The notes under the pieces were generated by a model. That model was given only the letters and a program-made list of their open reading frames with translations. It was not told the origin of the DNA and ran no database searches. Shown here piece after piece: positions 55,699 to 64,000 of a stretch of DNA of 64,000 bases. This DNA is from Bdellovibrionales bacterium (GTDB lineage Bacteria > Bdellovibrionota > Bdellovibrionia > Bdellovibrionales > UBA1609). Position numbers and translations under genes: made by a program. The stretch is from NCBI GenBank assembly GCA_028819545.1, contig JAPPLG010000016.1, forward strand, positions 5,160-69,159, given 5' to 3'. Positions within the stretch are counted from its first letter, which is position 1. Every line of letters starts with the position of its first letter.

Positions 55699-57497
55699 TT
55701 GCTCACATTCACTTTAAAATTTTTATTTTATTGATTTGTGGATGGGCGTACACCTCCCATGCTGTTTCTGTGAAAGCAAATGTAAGCCAAGATATTGTAG
55801 GAGTGAGTCAGCCTTTTTATCTAAATATCACCATTTCCTCTGAAGAGGATGTCGATATTGAAACTCCTGTACTTCCGAATATGTCTCCTTTTATTGTTCA
55901 AGGAAGCAATCAATCCACCAGTATCGCATACTCTTTTTCAATGCCTGGAGGGCAAACCAAAACTGTTGAAAATAAAATCTCTTACACGCTTATGAGTGAT
56001 AAAAAAGGTGAGTGGACCATAGGCCCTATTTCAGTAAAAGTGGATGGAAAAATTTATAAAACCGAAGAATTAAAAGTGGAAATATCAAATCAAGCTCCAT
56101 CACCCTCTCCTCCCAGTTCTATTTTTAATCATCCGCTTCTTCCAAAAATCTTTCAGGATGAAGAAGCTTTTCCTTTTTCAATGCCCAAAATTCTTGGTGA
56201 AGATGAGTTTATTTTAAAACCAGATAGAAATAAGAGAATTGTGTATCTAGGACAAGGGGTGCCTGTTCAGTGGTTTTTGTATAAAAAAAGCCGTCATTCT
56301 TTTGCTGTAAATATTCAACCACACGAAAATATGCAGCCAGAACATTTTTGGACTGAAAAAGTCAATGACCCTTCTGTTGCTCAATTTACGGAAACAGAAA
56401 CGATCAATGACCATGAATATTTTCGAGCTTTAGCCGCTTCTTACATATTTTTTCCTTTAAAAGAAGGAGAGTTAAAGATTGATCCTCTTAAGCTCACTGT
56501 GACGACAACTTTTTCTGGTTTTTTTTCAAGAAAACGCCCGAATGTCCTTACAAGCCCTCCTATTTCTATAAAAGTTCTGCCTTTGCCTCAGCAAGGTCGA
56601 GGGGAATTCACAGGAGCTGTAGGACGTTTTTTTATATTTCCAAAAGTAGATCGAAAACAAATTTTAAAGGATGATATTTTGTCTTATAAAATCCTTTTTG
56701 AAGGAGATGGAAATATAAGAATGATTCAACTTCCCTCCTGGCCTGAAGATTCAGATTTTAAAGTTTATGATGTATTGGAATCCGGAGAATTTTCTTCTGA
56801 AAAAAGCTACAAAGAATATGAAGTGCTGCTCTCTGCTAAAAACTCAGGGTTGCTGAAAACACCCCGTCTCAATTGGACCACTTTTGACCCTGATTTAAAA
56901 AGTTATGTGAACCATGAATTAGAGCCTGTAGAAATAAGGGTGCAAGAAGAAGATTCTGTTCAAGGAGAAGAACAAAAGTTTTTTGATTCTACCACTTCCT
57001 CTAGATCTGAAAAAAAAGAAGACGTTTTATCTCCTCTTCCTGAGAATGTTTCTATTTATGAAAAGAATAAATATTTATTTTGGAGCTTTGTATACACTTT
57101 ATTAGCGTTAATGATCTTTTGGAGGCATAAAAGCTTTTTTATTAGAAAAAAGAAAGTAAGCTGGGCTTTTATTTTAAATCAAACATTCAATCAAGCTCAA
57201 AAATCTTTAACAGAAGGGCAGTATAGAAGAGTAGGAACTCTTTTATTAAACTTAATAGATCAAGTTTGGCTGAAAGTGACAGGCACAGGCGGAAGAGAAT
57301 TAGAAAAATTGCTTAAGAAATGTCCTCCCAGTTTAAGAAAAGATTTGGGAGAAGAGGTTACAAATTTAGTGAAAGAACTGGAAGACTTAAGTTTTGCAGA
57401 AAGACCTGAATCAAGCGACCCATGGATTCATGAAAAGGTTGAAGCATTGATGAAAAAAAGCAAAACAACAATTGAAAAAGTTCTGCGTTATTCATAA
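55692..57497 (+). CDS. batD: BatD-like (oxygen tolerance) protein
   Basis: 601 aa with a signal peptide, a large extracytoplasmic region, a TM segment near residue 470 and a cytoplasmic tail. Last gene of the Bat operon. Confidence 0.7.
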   Translation: MVIAHIHFKIFILLICGWAYTSHAVSVKANVSQDIVGVSQPFYLNITISSEEDVDIETPVLPNMSPFIVQGSNQSTSIAYSFSMPGGQTKTVENKISYTLMSDKKGEWTIGPISVKVDGKIYKTEELKVEISNQAPSPSPPSSIFNHPLLPKIFQDEEAFPFSMPKILGEDEFILKPDRNKRIVYLGQGVPVQWFLYKKSRHSFAVNIQPHENMQPEHFWTEKVNDPSVAQFTETETINDHEYFRALAASYIFFPLKEGELKIDPLKLTVTTTFSGFFSRKRPNVLTSPPISIKVLPLPQQGRGEFTGAVGRFFIFPKVDRKQILKDDILSYKILFEGDGNIRMIQLPSWPEDSDFKVYDVLESGEFSSEKSYKEYEVLLSAKNSGLLKTPRLNWTTFDPDLKSYVNHELEPVEIRVQEEDSVQGEEQKFFDSTTSSRSEKKEDVLSPLPENVSIYEKNKYLFWSFVYTLLALMIFWRHKSFFIRKKKVSWAFILNQTFNQAQKSLTEGQYRRVGTLLLNLIDQVWLKVTGTGGRELEKLLKKCPPSLRKDLGEEVTNLVKELEDLSFAERPESSDPWIHEKVEALMKKSKTTIEKVLRYS

Positions 57498-57513
57498 TTT
57501 GTTACATTTCATT

Positions 57514-59352
57514 TTATAAGGGCCACTGTGGATATTTGGCTTTATCGCCAAGCTCCTCTTCAATACGAAGAAGGCGGTTGTACTTAGCTGTTCTTTCTCC
57601 CCGACTCACTCCACCTGTTTTAATCTGGTGGCACTCAAAAGCTATAGATAAATCAGCAATCACAGAATCCTCAGTCTCACCGCTTCGATGAGAAAGTACC
57701 GTTCGATAACCCGATTGATGTGCAAGCTTCACCGCTTGATAAGCTTCTGTCACTGTTCCAATTTGATTAACTTTTACTAAAAGTGCATTTGCAGTTTTAT
57801 TCTCAATTCCCTTCTTCAACCTCTTAGAATTAGTCACAAATAAATCATCCCCAACAATCTGTACTTTCCCCCCTTGAAGCCTGCTCCACTTCTTCCAATC
57901 CTCCCACTCTTCTTCTTCCAAACCATCTTCAATACTCACCAAAGGATAATTTCTTAACCACTTGTCATAGATTTGAATTAAGTCATCCGCTTTAATCTTT
58001 TTCCCTTCCCATATATACAATCCATTTTGATAAATAGAACTGGCCGCAACATCCAAAGCCAAAGAAATTTCTTTGCCAGGTTTATAGCCTGCATTTTTAA
58101 TAGCTGAAACTAAAAGCTCCAAAGCCTCTTCATTGGATTTCAAAGAAGGAGCTACACCCCCTTCATCCCCAACGGAGGTGCTGTAATTTTTATTTTGCAA
58201 ATCTTTTTTTAACGTATGAAAAACCTCAGAGCTTGCTCTTAAAGCTTCGCGAAAAGAAGAAAAACCATGAGGCACCAGCATAAACTCCTGCACATCCAAA
58301 TTATTATTGGCATGGGAGCCTCCATTCAAAACATTAGTCAGTGGGATAGGAAGTTGATTTACCCCTTTTTTAAAAAAAGAATAAATATTTTTCTTTTGAA
58401 TTTGTGCCAAAAGTTTTAAACAAGCTAAAGAAACACCTAAAATAGCATTAGCACCTAGGCGGCTTTTATTTTCTGTTCCATCCAGATCAATCAATCTTTC
58501 ATCTATATCTTCTATGGATTCCAGATAAACACCACGAATTTTTTTAGAAATCTCAGACACATTCTCACAAGCTTTTAATAAACCTTTCCCGTGAAATCTT
58601 TTTTTGTCCTGATCCCGTAATTCCAAAGCTTCAAAGCGCCCTGTAGAAGCTCCTGATGGAACCATTGCCGAAGCAGAATGCCCGCTTGAACTCCAAACCT
58701 CTACTTCTAAAGCCGGAAAACCCCGACTATCCAAAAGCTCCCTTCCATGAATCTTTGTAATCCTTGGAGAATTTAAAACTAAACTTTTCATATCATTATT
58801 ACTCTCATTAAAAAAAGACATTTGACCGTAAGGAGTGTATTTAATGGAGATTTTATTATCTTTCCACTCCACCTCTGTCATCTCTTCCGATTTATAAGTA
58901 GGAAGCACTTCCAGCATAGAGCGTAGATACTCCACAATATAAGGATAATCTTCTGAAGAAAGCTCACACTCACAGGTAATTGAATTATATTTATATTGAA
59001 CATTATCAATATGCAGAGGGGATACAAACCACTGCAAAATATCTGATAACTTTTGATAGATATTAAAAACAGGTCCAAGTTTTAAAACATGATCCAACTC
59101 ACCCCAGGCCCCAAGCTCTAAAGCCGCATGACCTACAGCAGTTGTCAGTTCCTTATCTACAAAGTGACGGCCAAACTCGTCTGACAACTCCTCAAGAAAA
59201 TTTTCAACTAACTCTGCCTCCATCCAAACACTAGGGTCTTTAATGAAGTGCATTTCCATATTGCTTAATTCATAAAAGCGAGAAGTATCAAAATATCTTT
59301 GATCCAAAAATCGAAAAAAAGAATTTGTCACTCGTCCACTAACTTTCAACAT
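57514..59352 (-). CDS. eno: Enolase with a ~187-aa N-terminal extra domain
   Basis: Residues ~198-612 are a canonical enolase (ITKIHGRELLDSRGFPALEVEV, SHRSGETEDS). The in-frame N-terminal 187 aa have no stop, and a GAAGGT Shine-Dalgarno precedes ATG 59352. Confidence 0.9.
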   Translation of the reverse strand: MLKVSGRVTNSFFRFLDQRYFDTSRFYELSNMEMHFIKDPSVWMEAELVENFLEELSDEFGRHFVDKELTTAVGHAALELGAWGELDHVLKLGPVFNIYQKLSDILQWFVSPLHIDNVQYKYNSITCECELSSEDYPYIVEYLRSMLEVLPTYKSEEMTEVEWKDNKISIKYTPYGQMSFFNESNNDMKSLVLNSPRITKIHGRELLDSRGFPALEVEVWSSSGHSASAMVPSGASTGRFEALELRDQDKKRFHGKGLLKACENVSEISKKIRGVYLESIEDIDERLIDLDGTENKSRLGANAILGVSLACLKLLAQIQKKNIYSFFKKGVNQLPIPLTNVLNGGSHANNNLDVQEFMLVPHGFSSFREALRASSEVFHTLKKDLQNKNYSTSVGDEGGVAPSLKSNEEALELLVSAIKNAGYKPGKEISLALDVAASSIYQNGLYIWEGKKIKADDLIQIYDKWLRNYPLVSIEDGLEEEEWEDWKKWSRLQGGKVQIVGDDLFVTNSKRLKKGIENKTANALLVKVNQIGTVTEAYQAVKLAHQSGYRTVLSHRSGETEDSVIADLSIAFECHQIKTGGVSRGERTAKYNRLLRIEEELGDKAKYPQWPL

Positions 59353-59407
59353 TTTTTTACCTTCTTTTAAAAAAGAAGCAAAATACTTCTCTAAAACAAA
59401 GACTAAA

Positions 59408-59477
59408 GAAATGATTTATATAAGCTACTCAAAGCTCAGACACACAACTCGTTTGAGCCGCTTATATAAATCATTTC
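59408..59477. repeat. Miniature member of the IR-element family (26-bp IRs, 18-nt core)
   Basis: GAAATGATTTATATAAGCTACTCAAA-gctcagacacacaactcg-TTTGAGCCGCTTATATAAATCATTTC. The IR inner part is shared with the 15961 and 22118 elements. Confidence 0.8.
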
Positions 59478-59564
59478 AACTCAATCTTACACATTGTTAA
59501 ACATATGTCATAGGCCAAAACAACTTAAAATTCAGCAAAGTGATGAGGCGCCAGCCGATATCAC

Positions 59565-59620
59565 TGAGCAAAAAGCTCAGACACACAACTTACTTGATCC
59601 CCCACTTATATAAACCATTC
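59565..59620. repeat. Second, degenerate miniature family member
   Basis: Contains the same mini-core GCTCAGACACACAACT and a right arm CACTTATATAAACCATT. Confidence 0.55.
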
Positions 59621-59642
59621 TTCAAATCGCCCCTATACATCT

Positions 59643-60629
59643 TTAAACATCTGAAATAGTTAAAACACGAATGTTTTTTTCTGCACACACTTTTAAAGTC
59701 TTTTGAGGATGTTCTGTCCATAATAAAGCACAGCCTCCCCCTCCAGCTCCCATCATCTTAAAAGCCTTCACACCTGCTGAGGCAAACCAGGTTTTCTGCA
59801 TCTCTTCCATTTCTTTCGGAATATAGCCTTTGTGAAACTTCTTACGTAATACACACTCCCTATTAAATAACTCCGGCCATTTTTGAAAATTCTCTTCTCT
59901 GCAAGCTTTTGCCATATCCAAAGCGATATCACGACACTGCACCAAAAAGTCAGAGCCTTCCAGGTAAGACTGAATTCCCCTCCAATTGCTTCGCCCAGAA
60001 TGATGTGAAATCCCCGTATCAATCAACACCAAGTTTTCTTTCATACTCTTAAGTAACTCCAAAGTTGCAATACGAGGTTTCAAAGCTGACCAATAAATAA
60101 TATTGATGAACTTTTTTACTTTCAAAGATTCTGAAATACTTTGAAGAGGAATAATATAATCCTGAAAGCCGGCAAAAGTGCCCATAGCCTGTGCTTCCAA
60201 ATCACGACATAAATAAAGCAACTCATAAAAATCCAATTTATGTTTCAACCATTTGGAAAAACAATTTATCCACAACACAGCTAAACAAGAACTTGCTCCA
60301 AGCCCCCCTCCCTGCGGCGAATCGGAAGACCATTCCAACTGAAAACCGGAGGAAGGTTTAAAGTGCCGAACTATAGATTGAAGAAGGGCAAATTTTTCAT
60401 CTTTTACATCCAAAAAATCTTTTAATGAATTATATTCAAAAGACTGACCCCCTGTCTTTAGGACAATACGATTTGAATTTTTATTTACAACTAAACTGGA
60501 AGAGCATTTCAAACTTAAAGCCAACTGAATAGTGACGCTGTTTTCAACCATAAGATAAAAGGGCCAGATGTCCAGGGTACCCCCGGCCAAGTCCGCTCGC
60601 ATTTGAGCTGAATAACTATATTTACTCAT
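59643..60629 (-). CDS. GHMP-family sugar kinase (HddA/fucokinase-like)
   Basis: RADLAGGTLDIWP, GGLGASSCLAV (GHMP motif 2) and MGAGGGGCALLW (motif 3). The probable start is MSKYSY at 60629. Confidence 0.8.
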   Translation of the reverse strand: MSKYSYSAQMRADLAGGTLDIWPFYLMVENSVTIQLALSLKCSSSLVVNKNSNRIVLKTGGQSFEYNSLKDFLDVKDEKFALLQSIVRHFKPSSGFQLEWSSDSPQGGGLGASSCLAVLWINCFSKWLKHKLDFYELLYLCRDLEAQAMGTFAGFQDYIIPLQSISESLKVKKFINIIYWSALKPRIATLELLKSMKENLVLIDTGISHHSGRSNWRGIQSYLEGSDFLVQCRDIALDMAKACREENFQKWPELFNRECVLRKKFHKGYIPKEMEEMQKTWFASAGVKAFKMMGAGGGGCALLWTEHPQKTLKVCAEKNIRVLTISDV

Positions 60630-60720
60630 TCCAACCCCCACTTGTTAGATATACTAAAAACATAGATATTTACATAAAAAAATTGTTTTATTTATTTCAA
60701 ACAGTTATTCTCCTAAACCT

Positions 60721-62058
60721 ATGAAATGGCTGGATCAATTTTTTGAAATTACAAAAAACGGTAGCTCTTTCACTCAAGAAGCCAGAGCCGGACTCACTAC
60801 TTTTCTTGCTATGGCCTATATTATACAAGTCCACCCTGCTATCTTAAGTGAGACGGGTATGCCCTTTAGCAGTCTTGTAACCTCTACGGTACTTGTTTGC
60901 TTCTTCTCCTCTCTTGCTATGGCTCTTTATGCCAAAAACCCTCTTGTTATGGCTCCAGGACTTGGCATCAACAGCTTCTTTACATTTACCATGGTTTTAC
61001 AAATGGGTATTCCTGTTGAAAAAGCTCTCGGCGCCACTTTTTGGGCCGGAGTTATTTTTTCGATTTTATCAATCTTTAAAGTTAGAGAAAAAATTGTTAT
61101 GAGTGTCCCCAACCACTTGAAAAAATCTTTGGCTGGAGGAATAGGTCTTCTTATTGCTTATATTGGTTTTTTAGAGGGAAGTTTTATTACTTTATCTTCA
61201 GGAAGACTTCAACAAGCTCCCTGGAACTTAAATAATATTATTTTTATAGTTAGCTTGCTTATCGTTTCCATACTAATCATAAGAAAAATCAAGGGTGCTT
61301 TTCTCATTTCTATTTTAATCACTACTCTCATTTGTTATGTGGGTTCTATTTTTACAGGCGCAGAGCTCATCCAATACAAAGGAATATTCGCCCTGCCAGA
61401 CTTTTCTCTGATTGGAAAATTAGATCTTTTAGGTTCTCTTCATCTAAGTGTTTTGCCATCTATTTTCGCTTTAGCTTTTGTAGATTTATTTGAAAGCCTT
61501 GGAACTTATATGGCCTTGCTCAATCGCTTTGACTTAACAGAGCCCGTGCCTCAAGCATCAAACTCTGCTCACTCCACTCAACCCAGAAGATTGAAGGAAT
61601 CTCTAATTTGTGATGCCTTAGGGACTACCTTTGCAGGAATTGTAGGCTCCAGTTCCGCAACAGCTTACCTGGAGTCAGGAGCCGGCCTGCAAGAAGGAGG
61701 TCGTACAGGACTCACAGCCTTAATCACAGCCTTGCTCTTTCTACCCTTTATGTTCTTATCCCCCCTTTTATCTATGATTCCCCCTGTTGCTACAGCCTCT
61801 ATTTTAGTTATTGTTGGAGCTTTAATGCTGGACTCTATGATGGATATTTCTTGGAGAAAATTAGATGAAGCCATTCCATCTTTTTTAGTTTTATTTCTTA
61901 TCCCCTTCACTATTTCCATCACCAATGGCCTAATATGGGGGTTTTTAAGCCATACTTGCATTCAAATCTTTATGGGCAGAAAAATATCTATTGCTCTTTA
62001 TGTTATCAGTGGATGTTGTGTGTTGTCTTTAATCCTCAACCACTTCATACTAGTGTAA
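60721..62058 (+). CDS. NCS2-family purine (adenine/guanine/hypoxanthine) permease, AzgA-like
   Basis: 445 aa. The N-terminal FEITKNGSSFTQEARAGLTTFLAMAYIIQVHPAIL is typical of this family. The protein is polytopic. Confidence 0.88.
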   Translation: MKWLDQFFEITKNGSSFTQEARAGLTTFLAMAYIIQVHPAILSETGMPFSSLVTSTVLVCFFSSLAMALYAKNPLVMAPGLGINSFFTFTMVLQMGIPVEKALGATFWAGVIFSILSIFKVREKIVMSVPNHLKKSLAGGIGLLIAYIGFLEGSFITLSSGRLQQAPWNLNNIIFIVSLLIVSILIIRKIKGAFLISILITTLICYVGSIFTGAELIQYKGIFALPDFSLIGKLDLLGSLHLSVLPSIFALAFVDLFESLGTYMALLNRFDLTEPVPQASNSAHSTQPRRLKESLICDALGTTFAGIVGSSSATAYLESGAGLQEGGRTGLTALITALLFLPFMFLSPLLSMIPPVATASILVIVGALMLDSMMDISWRKLDEAIPSFLVLFLIPFTISITNGLIWGFLSHTCIQIFMGRKISIALYVISGCCVLSLILNHFILV

Positions 62059-62065
62059 TACATGG

Positions 62066-63832
62066 ATGATGAAAGAAATTAAAAAAATATTTATAAAGAA
62101 TTTCTCTTTAGACTCAAGATCTCTGGCCTTCTTTAGAGTGGGCATAGGTCTTACATTTTTAATAGACTACCTTTTTACACGTATACCTTATGCAGATTTA
62201 TTTTATTTTAGGGGCGGTTTAAGTTCTGCAAGATCCCACGCAAGCTCTCTGGCTTTTATCCACTCTGCAGACTGGTTTCAATTATTGCTTTTACTCTCAG
62301 CGATTATTTGTTTTTGTTTGCTTATTGTTGGCTATAAAACAAGATATACAGCTTTTATTGCATGGCTTTTACTGGTTTCTATTCACGCTAAAAATGAGAT
62401 GATTGTTAATGCTGGAGATATACTGGGCTATTTACTTTTATTTTGGGCCTTACCCCTTCCTTTAAACAAACATTTTTCTGTAGATTCTGCTTTAAAAGAA
62501 CAAAAATCCACTGAACATTTTTCTTTATTTTCCATATTCTTTATAGGACAAATCATATTAGTTTACTGGATTGCTTTTCTTCTAAAAAATCATCCGATCT
62601 GGCAGAATGGAGATGCTATTTATTACGCCATGATGCTGGATAATTTTAGAACCTACTGGGGAGATATTTTACTTCAGTATCCCTATGCGATGAAAGTTTT
62701 AACGTACATCACTTATTATTTTATTGAAGGGTCAGTCCCTTTACTTTTATTGTTTTTAGGGTTTATCCCTCAGATGAGAATATTTCTTATTTTCTCAATG
62801 CTTATGTTTCATATCTCCTTAAACATAACTATGCATCTTGGAATGTTTTCTTACTTTTGTATGTTTATGTGGTGTGCCCTTTTACCTTCTGAGTTTTGGA
62901 ATTATCTTAAAAAATATATTCCAAAAAAATCTTTGGATATTTATTTTGACGGCAAATGTTCTTTTTGTAAAAAATCCACATATTTACTTAAAACATTTTT
63001 AATTTTACCTCGCATAAAGTTAATGGAGGCTCAATCCAATCCCTCTGCTTTATCTGAAATGGAAAAAAGAAATTCATGGCTTGTTTGGAATCAGGACAAA
63101 GGCTGGCAAAGTCATTTTTCCGCCTTTGTAGAATTGATCTCCAGATCCCCTTTATTCTTCTACCTTGCTCCTGTGTTGCGATTAAAAATTATCTCTTCTT
63201 TGGGAAATAAAGCTTATGCTCTAGTGGCTAAAAATAGAAATAACTTAAATCTTTCTATTCCGGAAGATGCTCCCCTGTTTCAAAAACGAAAGTGGGTTTT
63301 TGCTCTTTGTATGTTTTACTCTTTTTGTTTTCTATATATCATTGCATGGAATATCCGCACTTTAAACTTCAAGCATTATGAAAAATATTTTCCAAGAAAA
63401 TATAACGATGCAGGACACTTCCTGCATATTTCACAGTATTGGAGTATGTTTGCCCCCTATCCGATGAAAAAAGGAGGCTACGTTATTCTATCAGCCACTA
63501 GAGAAGACGACACCAAGATAGATCTTTGGAAAAACGGAGAGCCCGTTATGATAACCCCTCAAGCCCCTCATAGATATGACAAAACCTTCCCTGTTTTTAG
63601 GTTTAGAAAAATGATTGAAAACATTATTCATAAAAAAAATCATCAGGGAATGAGAAAAGTTTACCTGAGATACTTGTGTCGAAAATGGAATAAAAAATTA
63701 AAAGAAAATCCGATACAAAGAATTGAACTCATTCACATGAGCACTGTCACTCCAGAACCAGGAAAACTAAGAGCCCCTGCAAAACAACAATCCGTTGCCA
63801 GTATGAAATGCCCCTCCCCTAAAGAGAAGTAA
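62066..63832 (+). CDS. HTTM (gamma-carboxylase-like) membrane domain fused to a DCC/DUF393-type thiol-disulfide oxidoreductase motif and a C-terminal domain
   Basis: 588 aa with N-terminal SRSLAFFRVGIGLTFLIDYL (HTTM-like) and a central IYFDGKCSFCKKS (DxxCxxC of DUF393). Confidence 0.72.
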   Translation: MMKEIKKIFIKNFSLDSRSLAFFRVGIGLTFLIDYLFTRIPYADLFYFRGGLSSARSHASSLAFIHSADWFQLLLLLSAIICFCLLIVGYKTRYTAFIAWLLLVSIHAKNEMIVNAGDILGYLLLFWALPLPLNKHFSVDSALKEQKSTEHFSLFSIFFIGQIILVYWIAFLLKNHPIWQNGDAIYYAMMLDNFRTYWGDILLQYPYAMKVLTYITYYFIEGSVPLLLLFLGFIPQMRIFLIFSMLMFHISLNITMHLGMFSYFCMFMWCALLPSEFWNYLKKYIPKKSLDIYFDGKCSFCKKSTYLLKTFLILPRIKLMEAQSNPSALSEMEKRNSWLVWNQDKGWQSHFSAFVELISRSPLFFYLAPVLRLKIISSLGNKAYALVAKNRNNLNLSIPEDAPLFQKRKWVFALCMFYSFCFLYIIAWNIRTLNFKHYEKYFPRKYNDAGHFLHISQYWSMFAPYPMKKGGYVILSATREDDTKIDLWKNGEPVMITPQAPHRYDKTFPVFRFRKMIENIIHKKNHQGMRKVYLRYLCRKWNKKLKENPIQRIELIHMSTVTPEPGKLRAPAKQQSVASMKCPSPKEK

Positions 63833-63881
63833 ATCTTCTTATTTTCAAATATACAATATTAGTATAATATATGAAAATATT

Positions 63882-64000
63882 ATGAGAAAAAAGGAAAACA
63901 AACCCAAAAACCCTTTGAACCTTCAAGAGGATATGTACTTCTCTAAAGTAGCTGACAAACGTTTATCTCAAAAACAAAAACGAATTCCACACAGCAAAGC
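63882..64000 (+). CDS. Start of an unidentified basic protein (runs off the window)
   Basis: ATG 63882: MRKKENKPKNPLNLQEDMYFSKVADKRLSQKQKRIPHSK... The frame stays open to the window end. Confidence 0.3.
   Translation, partial: MRKKENKPKNPLNLQEDMYFSKVADKRLSQKQKRIPHSK

Overview
AT-rich bacterial chromosomal segment. Gene content and synteny suggest a Bdellovibrionota/Oligoflexia-like lineage, but that is inference only. The backbone is housekeeping: clpP (partial), pepA, a CADD/PqqC-like gene, L31 type B, HIT, ETF-QO, feoAB, pheS-pheT, an ihfA-like gene plus merR, polA, an ftsB-like gene, lnt, ahpC, oligopeptidase B, an ApaH-type phosphatase, tRNA-Gln, htrA, a complete MoxR-DUF58-BatABCD operon, enolase, a GHMP kinase, an NCS2 permease and an HTTM-DCC protein.

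Main signal: at least five small accessory cassettes (about 0.9-6 kb) sit exactly at the 3' ends of backbone genes. Each is bounded by direct copies (23 bp to several hundred bp) of the terminal part of the target gene, and the internal copies are usually the diverged ones. Three cassettes carry only a diverged COG1373-type AAA ATPase with a C-terminal PD-(D/E)xK-like (DUF4143-type) module. One composite insertion splits the conserved pheST-ihfA arrangement between perfect 64-bp repeats. I see no integrase, transposase or recombinase anywhere in the window, so these look like integrase-less, homology-bounded gene cassettes, possibly an undescribed mobility or defence unit.

Second signal: a dispersed family of inverted-repeat-flanked elements built around a conserved ~60-nt hairpin core. 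One core is cleanly inverted between two otherwise identical duplicated copies. A 184-bp tandem array of the element abuts tRNA-Gln, and the hairpin arms covary.

Third signal: an accessory island at 29.6-35.6 kb. It holds an RHH-PIN toxin-antitoxin pair, an XRE regulator, an orphan type IV pilin-like gene in an operon with a 58-aa six-Cys secreted peptide, a 2-TM protein next to a degenerate ComEC-type MBL protein, and bracketing paralogous small membrane proteins.

Other items: enolase with a ~187-aa N-terminal extra domain, a 1358-aa secreted coiled-coil protein with a Gly/Ala-rich hydrophobic hairpin, and several internally repetitive secreted proteins. All calls rest on reading the ORF translations and nucleotide text by eye. 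No database search was run.
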